From positions 46,815-110,814 of the forward strand of contig JAFGPW010000005.1 of assembly GCA_016935985.1 (NCBI GenBank): 64,000 bases of DNA, read 5' to 3'. The position numbers and the translations under genes were made by a program. Within the stretch, counting starts at the first letter, position 1. Every line of letters begins with the position of its first letter. Below the pieces are notes generated by a model. The model saw nothing but the letters and a program-made list of their open reading frames with translations, was not told the origin of the DNA and did no database searches. Shown here piece after piece: positions 20,177 through 29,662 of the stretch. Source of the stretch: Candidatus Woesearchaeota archaeon (GTDB lineage: Archaea > Nanobdellota > Nanobdellia > Woesearchaeales > JAFGPW01).

Positions 20177-21503
20177 CGGAAGGTTCATGGAGCGGCTGAT
20201 GCGCTCGCTCCAGGGGGCGGGCGCCGACGACGTTGTCATATCCTCCATCAACGATGACTCCATCCAGCTCAAGTTCGCGAACAGCACAATCTCCACCACC
20301 AAATCCTGGAACACCCAGGATATCGTCGTCTTCGCGGCGGTCAGGGGGCGCACGGTCTCCACGTCCATCAAGGATCTCTCGGAGGCGAGCCTGCGCACGG
20401 CGACGAAGCGCATCATCGCGTTCGCGGACTCACTCGCGCCGAACAGGGAATATGAAGGCATCGCGAAAGGGCCCTTCTCCTACGCAGAGGTCGAGGGATG
20501 CTACGACCCGAAGGTCAGGTCCTTCGGCGAGGAGGCGCCGCTCCTCGTCGAGCGTGCGATCCGCGCGGCCGCCGAGGAGGGCGTCGCGCGGTCCGCCGGG
20601 ACGCTCCGGGCGAGCGCGGTCACCGCCCGTCTCATCTCGTCCGGCGATGTCGACGTCACCGAGGATCAGAGCGGCCTGTACTTCTCGTTCAGGGCGATGA
20701 AGGACGACGAGGCCTCAGGCCATGCGATCAGCGTCGGGCGCTCGCTCGGCGGCTTCGATACCGAGGCTGCCGCCACCCGGGCCGCGCGGATCGCCATGAT
20801 GGCGCAGAGCCCCAAGACCATCGTGCCGGGAAAGTATGAGGTGCTCTTCGACCACCTCGCGATCGCAAACCTCCTCTCGGTCGCCGGATCGGCGGCGAGC
20901 ATCTTCTCTGTCGAGAGCGGGCTCTCGTTCTTCAAGGGCAAGCTCGGGAAGAGGGTCGCGTCGCCCATCGTGTCACTCTATGACGACCCCCGGCTCCCCG
21001 GCGGGTTCGGATCGTCGAAGTTCGACGCGGAGGGCGTGCCGACGCGCACGACCCCGATCATCGAGGACGGCGCCTACAGGAACTATCTCCACAACACGTC
21101 GACGGCGAAGCGGTACAAGACCGAGACCACCGCGAACGCGGGGATCATCTCGCCGTCGCCCCATCAGGTCGTGATGTCCGCCGGCGACGCCTCGCGCGAG
21201 GAGCTCATCGGCAGGATGAGGAAAGGAATCTACATCACGAACGTCTGGTACACACGGTTCCAGAACTACGAGACCGGTGCGTTCTCGACGATCCCCCGCG
21301 ACGGCGCGTTCTACGTCGAGGACGGTGAGATCAAGCATCCGGTGAAGGGCATCAGGCTCTCAGAGAACATCCTCAACATCCTCGCGCAGGTGCAGGGGAT
21401 ATCGAAGGAGCGCAGGCAGGTGCAGGGGTGGGAGGTCGACGTGCCGGTTCTCGCTCCGCTCGTCCTGACGCAACCTTTAAATATCACGAGGCCCGGCTCG
21501 TAG
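20169..21503 (+). CDS. tldE: TldE/PmbA subunit
   Basis: FDAEGVPT, YLHN..TA; no HExxxH; overlaps tldD. Confidence 0.9.
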   Translation: MDDGRFMERLMRSLQGAGADDVVISSINDDSIQLKFANSTISTTKSWNTQDIVVFAAVRGRTVSTSIKDLSEASLRTATKRIIAFADSLAPNREYEGIAKGPFSYAEVEGCYDPKVRSFGEEAPLLVERAIRAAAEEGVARSAGTLRASAVTARLISSGDVDVTEDQSGLYFSFRAMKDDEASGHAISVGRSLGGFDTEAAATRAARIAMMAQSPKTIVPGKYEVLFDHLAIANLLSVAGSAASIFSVESGLSFFKGKLGKRVASPIVSLYDDPRLPGGFGSSKFDAEGVPTRTTPIIEDGAYRNYLHNTSTAKRYKTETTANAGIISPSPHQVVMSAGDASREELIGRMRKGIYITNVWYTRFQNYETGAFSTIPRDGAFYVEDGEIKHPVKGIRLSENILNILAQVQGISKERRQVQGWEVDVPVLAPLVLTQPLNITRPGS

Positions 21504-21539
21504 GCACCGACGGCAGGGTCGCGCAGGAAGGACACCATC

Positions 21540-22880
21540 ATGACATCCAAGGAGAAGCTCGAGAAGGTCATGTACAGCTACACGGCCGAGACGAACCCGC
21601 TCGAGGACGAGAACAAGCTCCTGCGGGAGACGATCAACGGCCTGAAGAACGAGCTCGACCGCTACCGCCAGCCGCCGCTCATGGTCTGCGAGGTGAAGGA
21701 GGCGTACCACGACAAGACCGCGCTCGTCAAGGTGCCGAACGGGAACGAGTTCTTCGTCACCGTCTCGCGCGAGTGCGGGCCCATCAAGGCCGGCGACTCG
21801 GTACTCGCCGAGCAGAAGAACCTCACCGTCGTCAAGAGGATCGACACGACGAAGAACTTCTCTGTCGAGCAGTTCGTGATCGTCGAGAAGCCGGATGTGT
21901 CCTGGGGCGATATCGGCGGCCTCGATGGGCAGGCTCGGGAGATCCAGGAGGTGATCGAGCTCCCGCTGAAGAACCCCGACCTCTTCAAGCGGGTCGGCAT
22001 CCAGCCGCCGAAGGGAATCCTCCTGTACGGGCCGCCGGGGACCGGCAAGACCCTGCTCGCGAAGGCGGTCGCCGCGTCGACGAACAGCACATTCATCGAG
22101 ATCGTCGGGTCTGAGCTCATCCAGAAGTTCATCGGCGAGGGAGCGAAGCTCGTGAAGGAGATCTTCCAGCTGGCTCGCGAGAAGGCGCCGTCCATCATCT
22201 TCATCGACGAGCTCGACGCGCTGGCGGCGCGGCGGATTGAGGTGGGGACCTCCGGCGAGCGCGAGGTGCAGCGGACGTTCATGCAGTTCCTCGCCGAGAT
22301 CGACGGGTTTAAGCACCTGGGCAACGTCAAGGTCATCGGCTGCACCAACAGGAAGGACATCCTCGACCCCGCTGTGCTGCGGCCGGGCAGGCTCGACCGG
22401 CTCATCCACGTCGACAACCCGAACAAGGAGGCACGCGAGCAGATCTTCATGATCCATACGAGGACCATGAACCTCGACAGGGACATCAGCCTGCCGAAGG
22501 TCCTCGCACGCATGGATGGGTTCTCAGGAGCTGAGGTGAAGGCGGCGTGCACCGAGGCAGGATACTTCGCGATCCGGCGCTACCAGGAGAGCGACTTTGA
22601 GGAGAGGCTCGTCGGCCTGAACAAGAAGATCAGGGAGTGCCAGGCCCAGCTGCGGGTCAGGATCGTCGAGAACCTGAAGGGTGTGACGAGGAGGCGGATG
22701 GAGGCGCAGCGCAGGGAGGTCGAGCGCAATCTCGAGCTGACCAAGAACCGCAAGTACCGCCTCCTCGCCCAGATGAAGAGGGGCATGGTCATCTCCGAGA
22801 AGGATATCCTCGACGGCATCGAGAAGGTCAAGCAGGAAGAGGAGCGTGAGGGGAAGGATTACCTGCGCATGTTCGGCTGA
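21540..22880 (+). CDS. pan: Proteasome-activating nucleotidase (PAN) with C-terminal insertion
   Basis: Coiled coil + PP + OB domain; GPPGTGKT, KFIGEG, FIDELD, REVQRT, RPGRLDR; ends MFG. Confidence 0.92.
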   Translation: MTSKEKLEKVMYSYTAETNPLEDENKLLRETINGLKNELDRYRQPPLMVCEVKEAYHDKTALVKVPNGNEFFVTVSRECGPIKAGDSVLAEQKNLTVVKRIDTTKNFSVEQFVIVEKPDVSWGDIGGLDGQAREIQEVIELPLKNPDLFKRVGIQPPKGILLYGPPGTGKTLLAKAVAASTNSTFIEIVGSELIQKFIGEGAKLVKEIFQLAREKAPSIIFIDELDALAARRIEVGTSGEREVQRTFMQFLAEIDGFKHLGNVKVIGCTNRKDILDPAVLRPGRLDRLIHVDNPNKEAREQIFMIHTRTMNLDRDISLPKVLARMDGFSGAEVKAACTEAGYFAIRRYQESDFEERLVGLNKKIRECQAQLRVRIVENLKGVTRRRMEAQRREVERNLELTKNRKYRLLAQMKRGMVISEKDILDGIEKVKQEEEREGKDYLRMFG

Positions 22881-22930
22881 CCGCCCGGCCGCAGCTATTG
22901 CTTTGGGAACCCGATCCGCAATGAGAAGAG

Positions 22931-23007
22931 GGTGTGTGCTCATAAGTTACTTCCGTTCGTCATCTCCCGAGGGATCCGTGGGTGTTCACTCAATCACCGC
23001 ACACACC
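22931..23007 (-). ncRNA. Box C/D guide sRNA, predicted to direct 23S Um2552
   Basis: 9-bp terminal stem GGUGUGUGC/GCACACACC; C=GUGAUUG with D=AUGA; D'=CGGA with C'=AUGACGA; D' guide GUGAACACCCA; own TATA box at 23029-23036. Confidence 0.8.
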
Positions 23008-23028
23008 GCAGGGAAGAATCGGGCGGCG

Positions 23029-23042
23029 TATATAAACCTTAT
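23029..23042 (-). promoter_or_regulatory. BRE/TATA promoter of the sRNA
   Basis: AAGGTTTATATA on the minus strand, TATA start ~29 nt before the stem start. Confidence 0.65.
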
Positions 23043-23056
23043 CCCTGACCCGCACA

Positions 23057-24082
23057 TCATCCGACGACGAGATCATAGCACACGCGGTAGGTGCGCGGCG
23101 ACTGCTGGCCGCACCGAGCCACGCGCCGCATCGAGCAGCTGACACCCGCCCTCTCCGCCTCCTCGCGGATCCGCGCCGCACCTGCTGTCATGATCTCGTC
23201 TTCGGGCAGGAACATGTAGAGATGGATGACCGTCCCCTTCCGGCTCGCCGCGAACGCGACGCCGAGGAAGTCCTCGGCATCCTTAGGCAGCGGCATGATG
23301 ATCCGGTCGAACGTCCGCCCGAGCCTCGGCACATAGTCGCGCGCGTCGCCGCAGTGCGGCGTTATGTTCGTGATCCTGTTCTCGGCGATGTTCTTCATGA
23401 GCAGCCGGATCGCGGCGGGGTTGATGTCGTTCGAGACTATCTCTGCCGCCGCAGTGTTCTTCGCGATCACGCAGTCATAAGGCCCGACGCCGCAGAACAT
23501 GTTGAGGATGCGCTCTCCGGGCTTGACCTGCGTATAGATGCGCTTGCGCTCGGTCGACAGCCGCGGCGAGAAGTACACCTCCGCGACATCAGCCCATATC
23601 CTGACGCCGTGCTCGCGGTGGAGCGCGAGCGTCTTCCTCTCGCCGGCGAGATGGACCATCCGCTGCACCCGACAAGGCCCTTCATGGGCGCCGCCTTTCC
23701 TGAGCACGGTGGCTATGGTTCGCTGCTCGGCGAGGAGCGCCTCCGCGATACCGCGCTCGCGCGGCACGAGCCTGTCAGGCACCTCGAGGATCGCGATGTC
23801 GCCGACGACATCGTACGCTGTCTTGAGGACCCGCCGCTCCGCCGGCGAGAGGGTGGCGGCGACGCGCTCCTTGAAGGACGTCCTCCGCGGCAGCCGCTCG
23901 AGACGGATGCGTGACGCCTTGACCTCAGGGAACCTGCGCCTCACCGACGCTGCGTCGGTCACCGCGAGGAGGACCGCATCCTGCGTGCTCCGCACGCGAT
24001 AGCCGCGATCGAGCAACCCTTCCCGGATGCAGAAGCCGCGCACCTCCTGCGCGAGCCTTTTCGGGACTGCGATTACTGCCAT
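23057..24082 (-). CDS. trm5: Trm5/Met-10 family tRNA methyltransferase
   Basis: YDVVGDIAI, HREHG, VYFSPRLSTER, MFCGVGPY, DINP.A, FDRIIMPLP. Confidence 0.88.
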   Translation of the reverse strand: MAVIAVPKRLAQEVRGFCIREGLLDRGYRVRSTQDAVLLAVTDAASVRRRFPEVKASRIRLERLPRRTSFKERVAATLSPAERRVLKTAYDVVGDIAILEVPDRLVPRERGIAEALLAEQRTIATVLRKGGAHEGPCRVQRMVHLAGERKTLALHREHGVRIWADVAEVYFSPRLSTERKRIYTQVKPGERILNMFCGVGPYDCVIAKNTAAAEIVSNDINPAAIRLLMKNIAENRITNITPHCGDARDYVPRLGRTFDRIIMPLPKDAEDFLGVAFAASRKGTVIHLYMFLPEDEIMTAGAARIREEAERAGVSCSMRRVARCGQQSPRTYRVCYDLVVG

Positions 24083-24150
24083 GAGGGACCGAAAGGCGGC
24101 CAGGGTATATAAATCCTGATATGATTGGAGCATACAAGGGGGTCGAGCCT

Positions 24151-25188
24151 TCAGAAGAACTCTGAGAGCCCCTTCTGGGCGCGGGCGCCCTCGATCTCCC
24201 TGATCTGGCTGAGGGAGCGGAGGATGTTGTCCTTGGAGAAGGCGTGCCGGTCGCAGAGGACCTCGATCACCTTGTCAGGGTCAGGCGCGCGCCAGGCGAG
24301 CGTATAGTCGCCGCGTGTCGGCATCTCAGCGATCGTCTTGAACACTTCCTGCCAAGGGGTCCTGAACTGGCCGTCCCAGCCGGCTGAGGAGAAGAGGGCG
24401 CCAAGGTCGTCGCCATGCTCCTTCACGAGGGCGAGCGCCCCCTTCGGACCGATGCCCCGTATGCCGCCGACGTCGTAGTCGGTCCCGACGAGCATCGCGA
24501 GCGCGATGAGCTGTTCCTGCGATATGCCGAGGGCCCGCAGGTTCTCGGAGAGCAGCAGCAGCTCGGGAGCGACCGTCTCGAACGCGAGCCTCCCCGGACG
24601 CTTCTTCCTGCCGTGGATCGAGAGGTTGCGCACCACACGGGGGCTGCCGAAGAGGAGCGCGTCAGTGTCCTGCGAGACCGCGGCGTAGGCGCTGCCGTCG
24701 AGGACCATCCGGGCCGCCTGCGCCTCTCCCTCCGACGGCGCCTGGACGACCGGGAGCCCGAGCGCCGCAATCAGCTCCTTCGCCTCGTCCACCATCTCGT
24801 GCGTGAGCCGCGCGGTCCGCTGTGCGTACTTGCGCATGCCATCGACATCCTCCTCCTGCTTCGCTTCCTCGTACTTGCGGGCGGCCTCATCCTTCAGGCC
24901 TTTCCTGCGCTCGCGCTCCTGGCGCTTGAGATCAGGCGCTTTCCCGTCGAAGACGAAGCCGAGCCTGAGCCCCTGGCTCATCAACCCCGTCGTCCGTGAT
25001 ATCAGGCCGGCAAGGTGGCTCGTCACCGCTCCCTCGCTGTCGACCAGATACGTGCCGTCGCGCTGCCTGATGGTCGTCAGGAACTGGTAGAGCTGGTTGT
25101 ACCCGTCGACGATGAGGGCCTTGCCTGCGAGCGCCCCGATAGGTATCTCCTTCGCCCGTATGATGTCGCGGAGGTTGGTGCCCATCAT
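24151..25188 (-). CDS. fen: Flap endonuclease 1
   Basis: DGYNQLYQFLTTIRQRDG, VFDG, APSEGEAQAA, SQDTD.LLFG, GTDY, PIP box QKGLSEFF. Confidence 0.97.
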   Translation of the reverse strand: MMGTNLRDIIRAKEIPIGALAGKALIVDGYNQLYQFLTTIRQRDGTYLVDSEGAVTSHLAGLISRTTGLMSQGLRLGFVFDGKAPDLKRQERERRKGLKDEAARKYEEAKQEEDVDGMRKYAQRTARLTHEMVDEAKELIAALGLPVVQAPSEGEAQAARMVLDGSAYAAVSQDTDALLFGSPRVVRNLSIHGRKKRPGRLAFETVAPELLLLSENLRALGISQEQLIALAMLVGTDYDVGGIRGIGPKGALALVKEHGDDLGALFSSAGWDGQFRTPWQEVFKTIAEMPTRGDYTLAWRAPDPDKVIEVLCDRHAFSKDNILRSLSQIREIEGARAQKGLSEFF

Positions 25189-25201
25189 CCTATGCCTCCC
25201 T

Positions 25202-26194
25202 TCATAGCCGCTTGTACGCGAGCCCCCTGAACTCGGTCGCGAGCATCTGGTTCGCCTTCCCGGTGAGCTCGCCGGTGGTGAGATAGAGGACAGGGAGCTT
25301 CTTCGTCTGGCCGACGAGGTATGCCGATGAGAGGTCGCCGTCGTTCGATTTCTTCTTGTTCTTCGCCTTGCAGAAGTAGGTCAGCATGCCGATCGGCGAC
25401 GGCACGTCCACCGTCGCCTCGATATCGGCGTTCTTGCGCACTACCTTCAGGTCACGGATCACGACCTCGTTCTTCCTGAAATAGTCGCGGACCTGCCTGA
25501 GAAAGGGATCGTCGCCGGTGCGGTCGATGAAGGATAGGTCCTGGCGCGAGGCTTCCTGCCGCCGTTCCTTCTGCTTCTGCGCGGGGAGCGCGGACCGCTT
25601 CTGCTGCTTCTGCGGCGGATCCCGCCGCTCCGTCGGTTCCTGCCGCGCCTGCTGCCCGACATCCTGCTCAGGGGATTCCGGCCAAGGCGCCGGCTGCGGC
25701 TCCGGCCGCCCGGGCTCAGGATGCCGGGACGGCTGCACAGGAGGGGGAGCCGTGAGGTTCAGAATCTCCCTCACCCTCGCCGTCGCATCCAGGGTGGAGA
25801 GCGAATGGAACTTCCAGAAGAGCTCTTCCTGGCCGCCCAGGCTCACCTGGATCGGCCGCGCGAAGTCCTTGATGTTCCTGAGGGATACTCGGAGCAGCGG
25901 CTCCTGGCCCTTGTCCCTGATGACCCCTTTCTCCTTGAGCAGGTCGAAGGTGCGCTGGTCCTTCTCGTTGAGCTTTCCCTTGAAGGCGTCGAGCCTGCGC
26001 TCGTGCTCGGGGAGGTAGTAGAGGGGGGATCCGCCCACCTTGAGATGGGAGATGCGGATCTTTCCCTTGGACGAGAGCTCTGAGAGGGTCGCGGATGCGG
26101 TGAGGGTGTCCCGCCCGATGTGCTTCGCGACATCGATGGGCAGCACCGGCCCCTTCATGCGTATGAACGAGAGCACATCATCGAGGGAGAGCAT
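25202..26194 (-). CDS. Hypothetical protein: N-terminal wHTH, Q/P-rich linker, restriction-endonuclease-like C-terminal domain
   Basis: GPVLPIDVAKHIGRDTLTASATLSELSSKGKI; C-terminal DIEA...YFCKAKNKKK...LYLTTGEL. Confidence 0.7.
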   Translation of the reverse strand: MLSLDDVLSFIRMKGPVLPIDVAKHIGRDTLTASATLSELSSKGKIRISHLKVGGSPLYYLPEHERRLDAFKGKLNEKDQRTFDLLKEKGVIRDKGQEPLLRVSLRNIKDFARPIQVSLGGQEELFWKFHSLSTLDATARVREILNLTAPPPVQPSRHPEPGRPEPQPAPWPESPEQDVGQQARQEPTERRDPPQKQQKRSALPAQKQKERRQEASRQDLSFIDRTGDDPFLRQVRDYFRKNEVVIRDLKVVRKNADIEATVDVPSPIGMLTYFCKAKNKKKSNDGDLSSAYLVGQTKKLPVLYLTTGELTGKANQMLATEFRGLAYKRL

Positions 26195-26243
26195 GCCGCT
26201 GCGGTACGCGGCAGAATATAAAAAGGTTTGGTGGTTCGGCTGA

Positions 26244-26777
26244 TCAGGGCCTGAGCCAGCGGATCTCGTAGTAGGTGACGTCAGACTCGTCGTCGACGAC
26301 AGCGATCAGCAGCCGCTTCTTGGTGCTGTGGGCGACGCGGTTCTTCGCCGCGAACTCGTACCACGAGAACGACGATCCCTCCTTCACCGGATAGACGACC
26401 CATTTGGCATGCCCCTTGCCTGGCTTCACGCCGCGGTCATAGACCCGGAAGTCGGCGCCGAACTTGAGCGCGGTCTTGACAGTGTAGCCGCGGTCGCGCA
26501 GGTCGCGCAGCACGCAGTAGCGGGGCCAGAGACCGGGCTCATCCCGCTTCACCTTCCTGAGGAGCTGGTCGAAAGAGGCTTCCTTCCGCCGGCTGTCGAG
26601 GAGCGTGATACGCTTCTTCTCGAGGAGGTAGAGCGCCTCTATCCCTGAGAGGTCGAGCCTGCCGTCAGGCGAGAGCGCGCCGAAGGCGCTTCCGTTGTAG
26701 AGCGCCTGCGCCTCATCAGAGGGCTGCAGGTAGACCGAACCCCTGATCAGGTAGGCGACAGCAGGTGGCCGTGACAT
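26244..26777 (-). CDS. endA: tRNA-splicing endonuclease
   Basis: LSGIEALYL, DLRDRGY.VKTALKFGADFRVY, H, RVAHSTKKRLLIA; start at MSRPP after a TATA box. Confidence 0.93.
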   Translation of the reverse strand: MSRPPAVAYLIRGSVYLQPSDEAQALYNGSAFGALSPDGRLDLSGIEALYLLEKKRITLLDSRRKEASFDQLLRKVKRDEPGLWPRYCVLRDLRDRGYTVKTALKFGADFRVYDRGVKPGKGHAKWVVYPVKEGSSFSWYEFAAKNRVAHSTKKRLLIAVVDDESDVTYYEIRWLRP

Positions 26778-26825
26778 AGGGGCTTGAAGGTCGGGATAGG
26801 TATAAAAGGTTTGTGCCGGGAAAAT

Positions 26826-26845
26826 ATTAATTTCAATATTGACAA
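26826..26845 (-). promoter_or_regulatory. Palindromic motif copy 1 (TTGTCAATATTGAAATTAAT)
   Basis: Between divergent endA and rnz promoters; matches copies at 45228 and 49486. Confidence 0.6.
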
Positions 26846-26890
26846 TTAATAAGAAAAGCATTAAATAGATGCAAGGGCATTCCTCGGAGA

Positions 26891-27784
26891 ATGATAGAAG
26901 TGCTGTTCTTGGGCACCTCCACCATGGTGCCGACGAAGGACCGGAACCATTCGGCGATACTGCTTGCCTACAAGGGCGAGGCGCTCCTCTTCGACTGCGG
27001 GGAGAACACCCAGCGTCAGCTCAAGATCGCAGGGGTGTCTGCCTCCACGATAGTCCGCATCTTCATCTCGCACTGGCACGGCGACCATGTGCTGGGGCTT
27101 CCTGGCCTGATCATGACCCTCGGCCAGCAGGGATACGCAGGAACGCTCGAGATCTACGGTCCGAAAGGCTCGAAGCGGCACATCGCAGCGATGGATGACA
27201 TCACGGTCGACCGGATTCGCATCAGGATGCGGGTGATCGAGGTCTCGGAAGGCGTCGTCTATGAGAACAGCGCGTATAGCGTCTTCGCCCACGCGCTCGA
27301 CCATGGTCCGCCCTGTTTCGGCTACCGCTTCCAGGAGAAGGACCGGCGCAGGATCAAGGTCGCGGCAGCGAGGAAGATCGGCATCCCTGATGGTCCTGAC
27401 CTCGGCAGGCTCCAGCGCGGCGAGGACATCCTGTTCAGGGGGAAGAAGGTGCCGGCCGATTCGGTGACATATGTGGTGAAGGGCAGGAGCGTCGCGTACG
27501 TCGCTGACACCGGCCTGTGCAACGGCGCCCGCGTGCTCGCGAAGGACGCCGACCTCCTGATATCTGAAGCGACGTACAAGAACGATCTGGAGGAGAAGGC
27601 GTCTGAGTACCGTCATCTGACCGCCCTCCAAGCAGCGCAGCTCGCCTCGCACGCAGGGGCGAAGCGGCTCGCGCTCACCCATTTCTCGCAGCGCTACAAG
27701 ACGACCGACGACATCCAGGCAGAGGCATCAGAGATCTTCCCAGGGGTCGTGTGCGCGTACGACTTCATGAGGCTCAGGGTCTAG
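26891..27784 (+). CDS. rnz: Ribonuclease Z
   Basis: FLGTS..VPT..RNHS, FDCGENTQRQ, HWHGDH, GP exosite, DTG, EAT, LTHFSQRY. Confidence 0.95.
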   Translation: MIEVLFLGTSTMVPTKDRNHSAILLAYKGEALLFDCGENTQRQLKIAGVSASTIVRIFISHWHGDHVLGLPGLIMTLGQQGYAGTLEIYGPKGSKRHIAAMDDITVDRIRIRMRVIEVSEGVVYENSAYSVFAHALDHGPPCFGYRFQEKDRRRIKVAAARKIGIPDGPDLGRLQRGEDILFRGKKVPADSVTYVVKGRSVAYVADTGLCNGARVLAKDADLLISEATYKNDLEEKASEYRHLTALQAAQLASHAGAKRLALTHFSQRYKTTDDIQAEASEIFPGVVCAYDFMRLRV

Positions 27785-29588
27785 AAGGGACCCTGAGCGG
27801 AAGCACGTCGATCGTGTAAAGATGATGGGGATCGATCCCGCTGGAGCAATGCGTGCACCTCGGCCCGAGCCCGAGGCGACGGTAGGTCTTCTTGATGTTC
27901 TCCAGGGAATTGTAGAGGATATGGAAGTCCTGGGGATTGAACCGGGCTGCATCCTGCGGGGATATGTCTCCAGACCCCATCTTCTCCCTGAGGGCCCGCC
28001 TGATCCTCGACCTGGCAAGAAGCGTCGCCTGACGGTTGAATTCGTCGATGCCATAAGATATGCCGGAGACCGGGTCGTAGGCATGAGGGACCTTTTTGAG
28101 GACCTGGACCGCGAAGAGTCTACGGCGGTCCGCGAAGTCCATGCCGTCATGGCAGCCGAAGAGGATCGGCGAATAGCCGATCGCCATCGTGATCCTCTTC
28201 GCCCCTGCCCGCTTGAGGTCGAAGTACGCGTCGAGGATTGTGTTGAACCGCACGATGCTGTCGTCAGTGATGACCGCGTTGCCTCCGCGCTCCTCAATGA
28301 CCTCCTCGTTGATCACCCTGCGCTTCCGCCTGCGGCCTTCCTCCTGGATGAAGAGCCTGACCGACTCTCCAGGGAAATCCTTCGGCTTCTTGATCGCATC
28401 GTAGGGCATGACATGGAGGAAATGGACGAGCCCCTGCGCGTAAGAGTCGCCGGAATGCTGCATAGGGATGATGACCGAGACGCCCTTGAGCTGCTCCTCG
28501 TAGGACTCGGCGAACTCCTTCATGCTCTCATGCCTGATCTTGTCGACGACGACATCCCAGTCATACGACTTGCTCATCGTCGACTTGAAGTAGAACTCGC
28601 CGAACTCACACCCCAACCCCTGCTCTTCGAGCAATCGCGACGAACCTTTGAATGCCGATGAGGGCCGCGGCCTGACGGCCCGCACAGACACCAGGTCCTC
28701 GAGGCGTTCTGAAGGCATCCTGATGATCTCGCCGGGCAGCACGTGACGGACCGGCCGTATACCGTTGCCCGACACCTTGGTGGTGAGCTCCCTGAAGAGA
28801 ACGGTCTCGCTCCCGATGATGATGCCGTTCCCCTCCGGAGAGTCGAGCGACGCTATCGAGAGCGGCGTCACCCCTGCGGCGCTCTTGAAGGCATAGACCG
28901 CGTTCGGCCTGTTGACATAGAGTATCGACGCCTGGGTCCCCTTGAAGGAGAGCTGGCGCTGTATCGCCTCCTCGACAGAATAACCCTTCGCGATGAGGAG
29001 CAGCAGGTGCTCGGCGAGGACCGCGGTGTCGATCTCAGCCTGGTAGGAATACTCCTTAAAGGTATCGGATATCGCCGCCGTCTTTGTGAAAGTGAGGTAA
29101 GGCCTCAGCCCAGGGTCCTTGAGCAGGTCGCTTATCTCCCGCTGGATCGGCCTGAGCCGACGCTCGTTGTAGTTGCCGTTGCTGACGAACGCGATCTCGA
29201 GGTCGCCGTACGCGAGCCTGATTGGCTGGGTGTTCTGGAGCAGCTTCCTCCGCTTCTCACGTATGCTCTCTGCCTTCTCGTGATGGAAGGTCGTGTATTT
29301 CGTCTGCATGAGGAACCAGCGCGCCTTGCGCTCCTCCTGCATGTCATTGAGCTTCTGGATGGAGCTCTTCTTGTGGTAGGTGCCGGCAGGTATCGATTCG
29401 CTGATGATCCCCGCCTCCCTCACCGTCTCCATGCGCTTCTTCGCAGGGTCATCTAAGGAGACGAGGGGGTTGATGCCGGTGATGCCATGGGACTGCTCGC
29501 CGCGCTGCGAGAGGATGAGGGCTCCACGTTTTGCCAGGTAGAAACTCAGGCCTTGATTGTCAGTGAGCACGCCCCCTATCCCACACAT
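27774..29588 (-). CDS. Divergent amidophosphoribosyltransferase-like protein (Ntn glutaminase + PRTase)
   Basis: MCGIGG, QRGEQSHGI, SNGN, GSET, DDSIVR, GCHDGMD, CTHC; several key motifs altered. Confidence 0.75.
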   Translation of the reverse strand: MCGIGGVLTDNQGLSFYLAKRGALILSQRGEQSHGITGINPLVSLDDPAKKRMETVREAGIISESIPAGTYHKKSSIQKLNDMQEERKARWFLMQTKYTTFHHEKAESIREKRRKLLQNTQPIRLAYGDLEIAFVSNGNYNERRLRPIQREISDLLKDPGLRPYLTFTKTAAISDTFKEYSYQAEIDTAVLAEHLLLLIAKGYSVEEAIQRQLSFKGTQASILYVNRPNAVYAFKSAAGVTPLSIASLDSPEGNGIIIGSETVLFRELTTKVSGNGIRPVRHVLPGEIIRMPSERLEDLVSVRAVRPRPSSAFKGSSRLLEEQGLGCEFGEFYFKSTMSKSYDWDVVVDKIRHESMKEFAESYEEQLKGVSVIIPMQHSGDSYAQGLVHFLHVMPYDAIKKPKDFPGESVRLFIQEEGRRRKRRVINEEVIEERGGNAVITDDSIVRFNTILDAYFDLKRAGAKRITMAIGYSPILFGCHDGMDFADRRRLFAVQVLKKVPHAYDPVSGISYGIDEFNRQATLLARSRIRRALREKMGSGDISPQDAARFNPQDFHILYNSLENIKKTYRRLGLGPRCTHCSSGIDPHHLYTIDVLPLRVPSRP

Positions 29589-29662
29589 CGTTCAGGGAGA
29601 GAACGGCTCGCGCTATTTAATCTTTTCTATCGAGTGATAACACAAAGAAGGGGATTGGTGAA

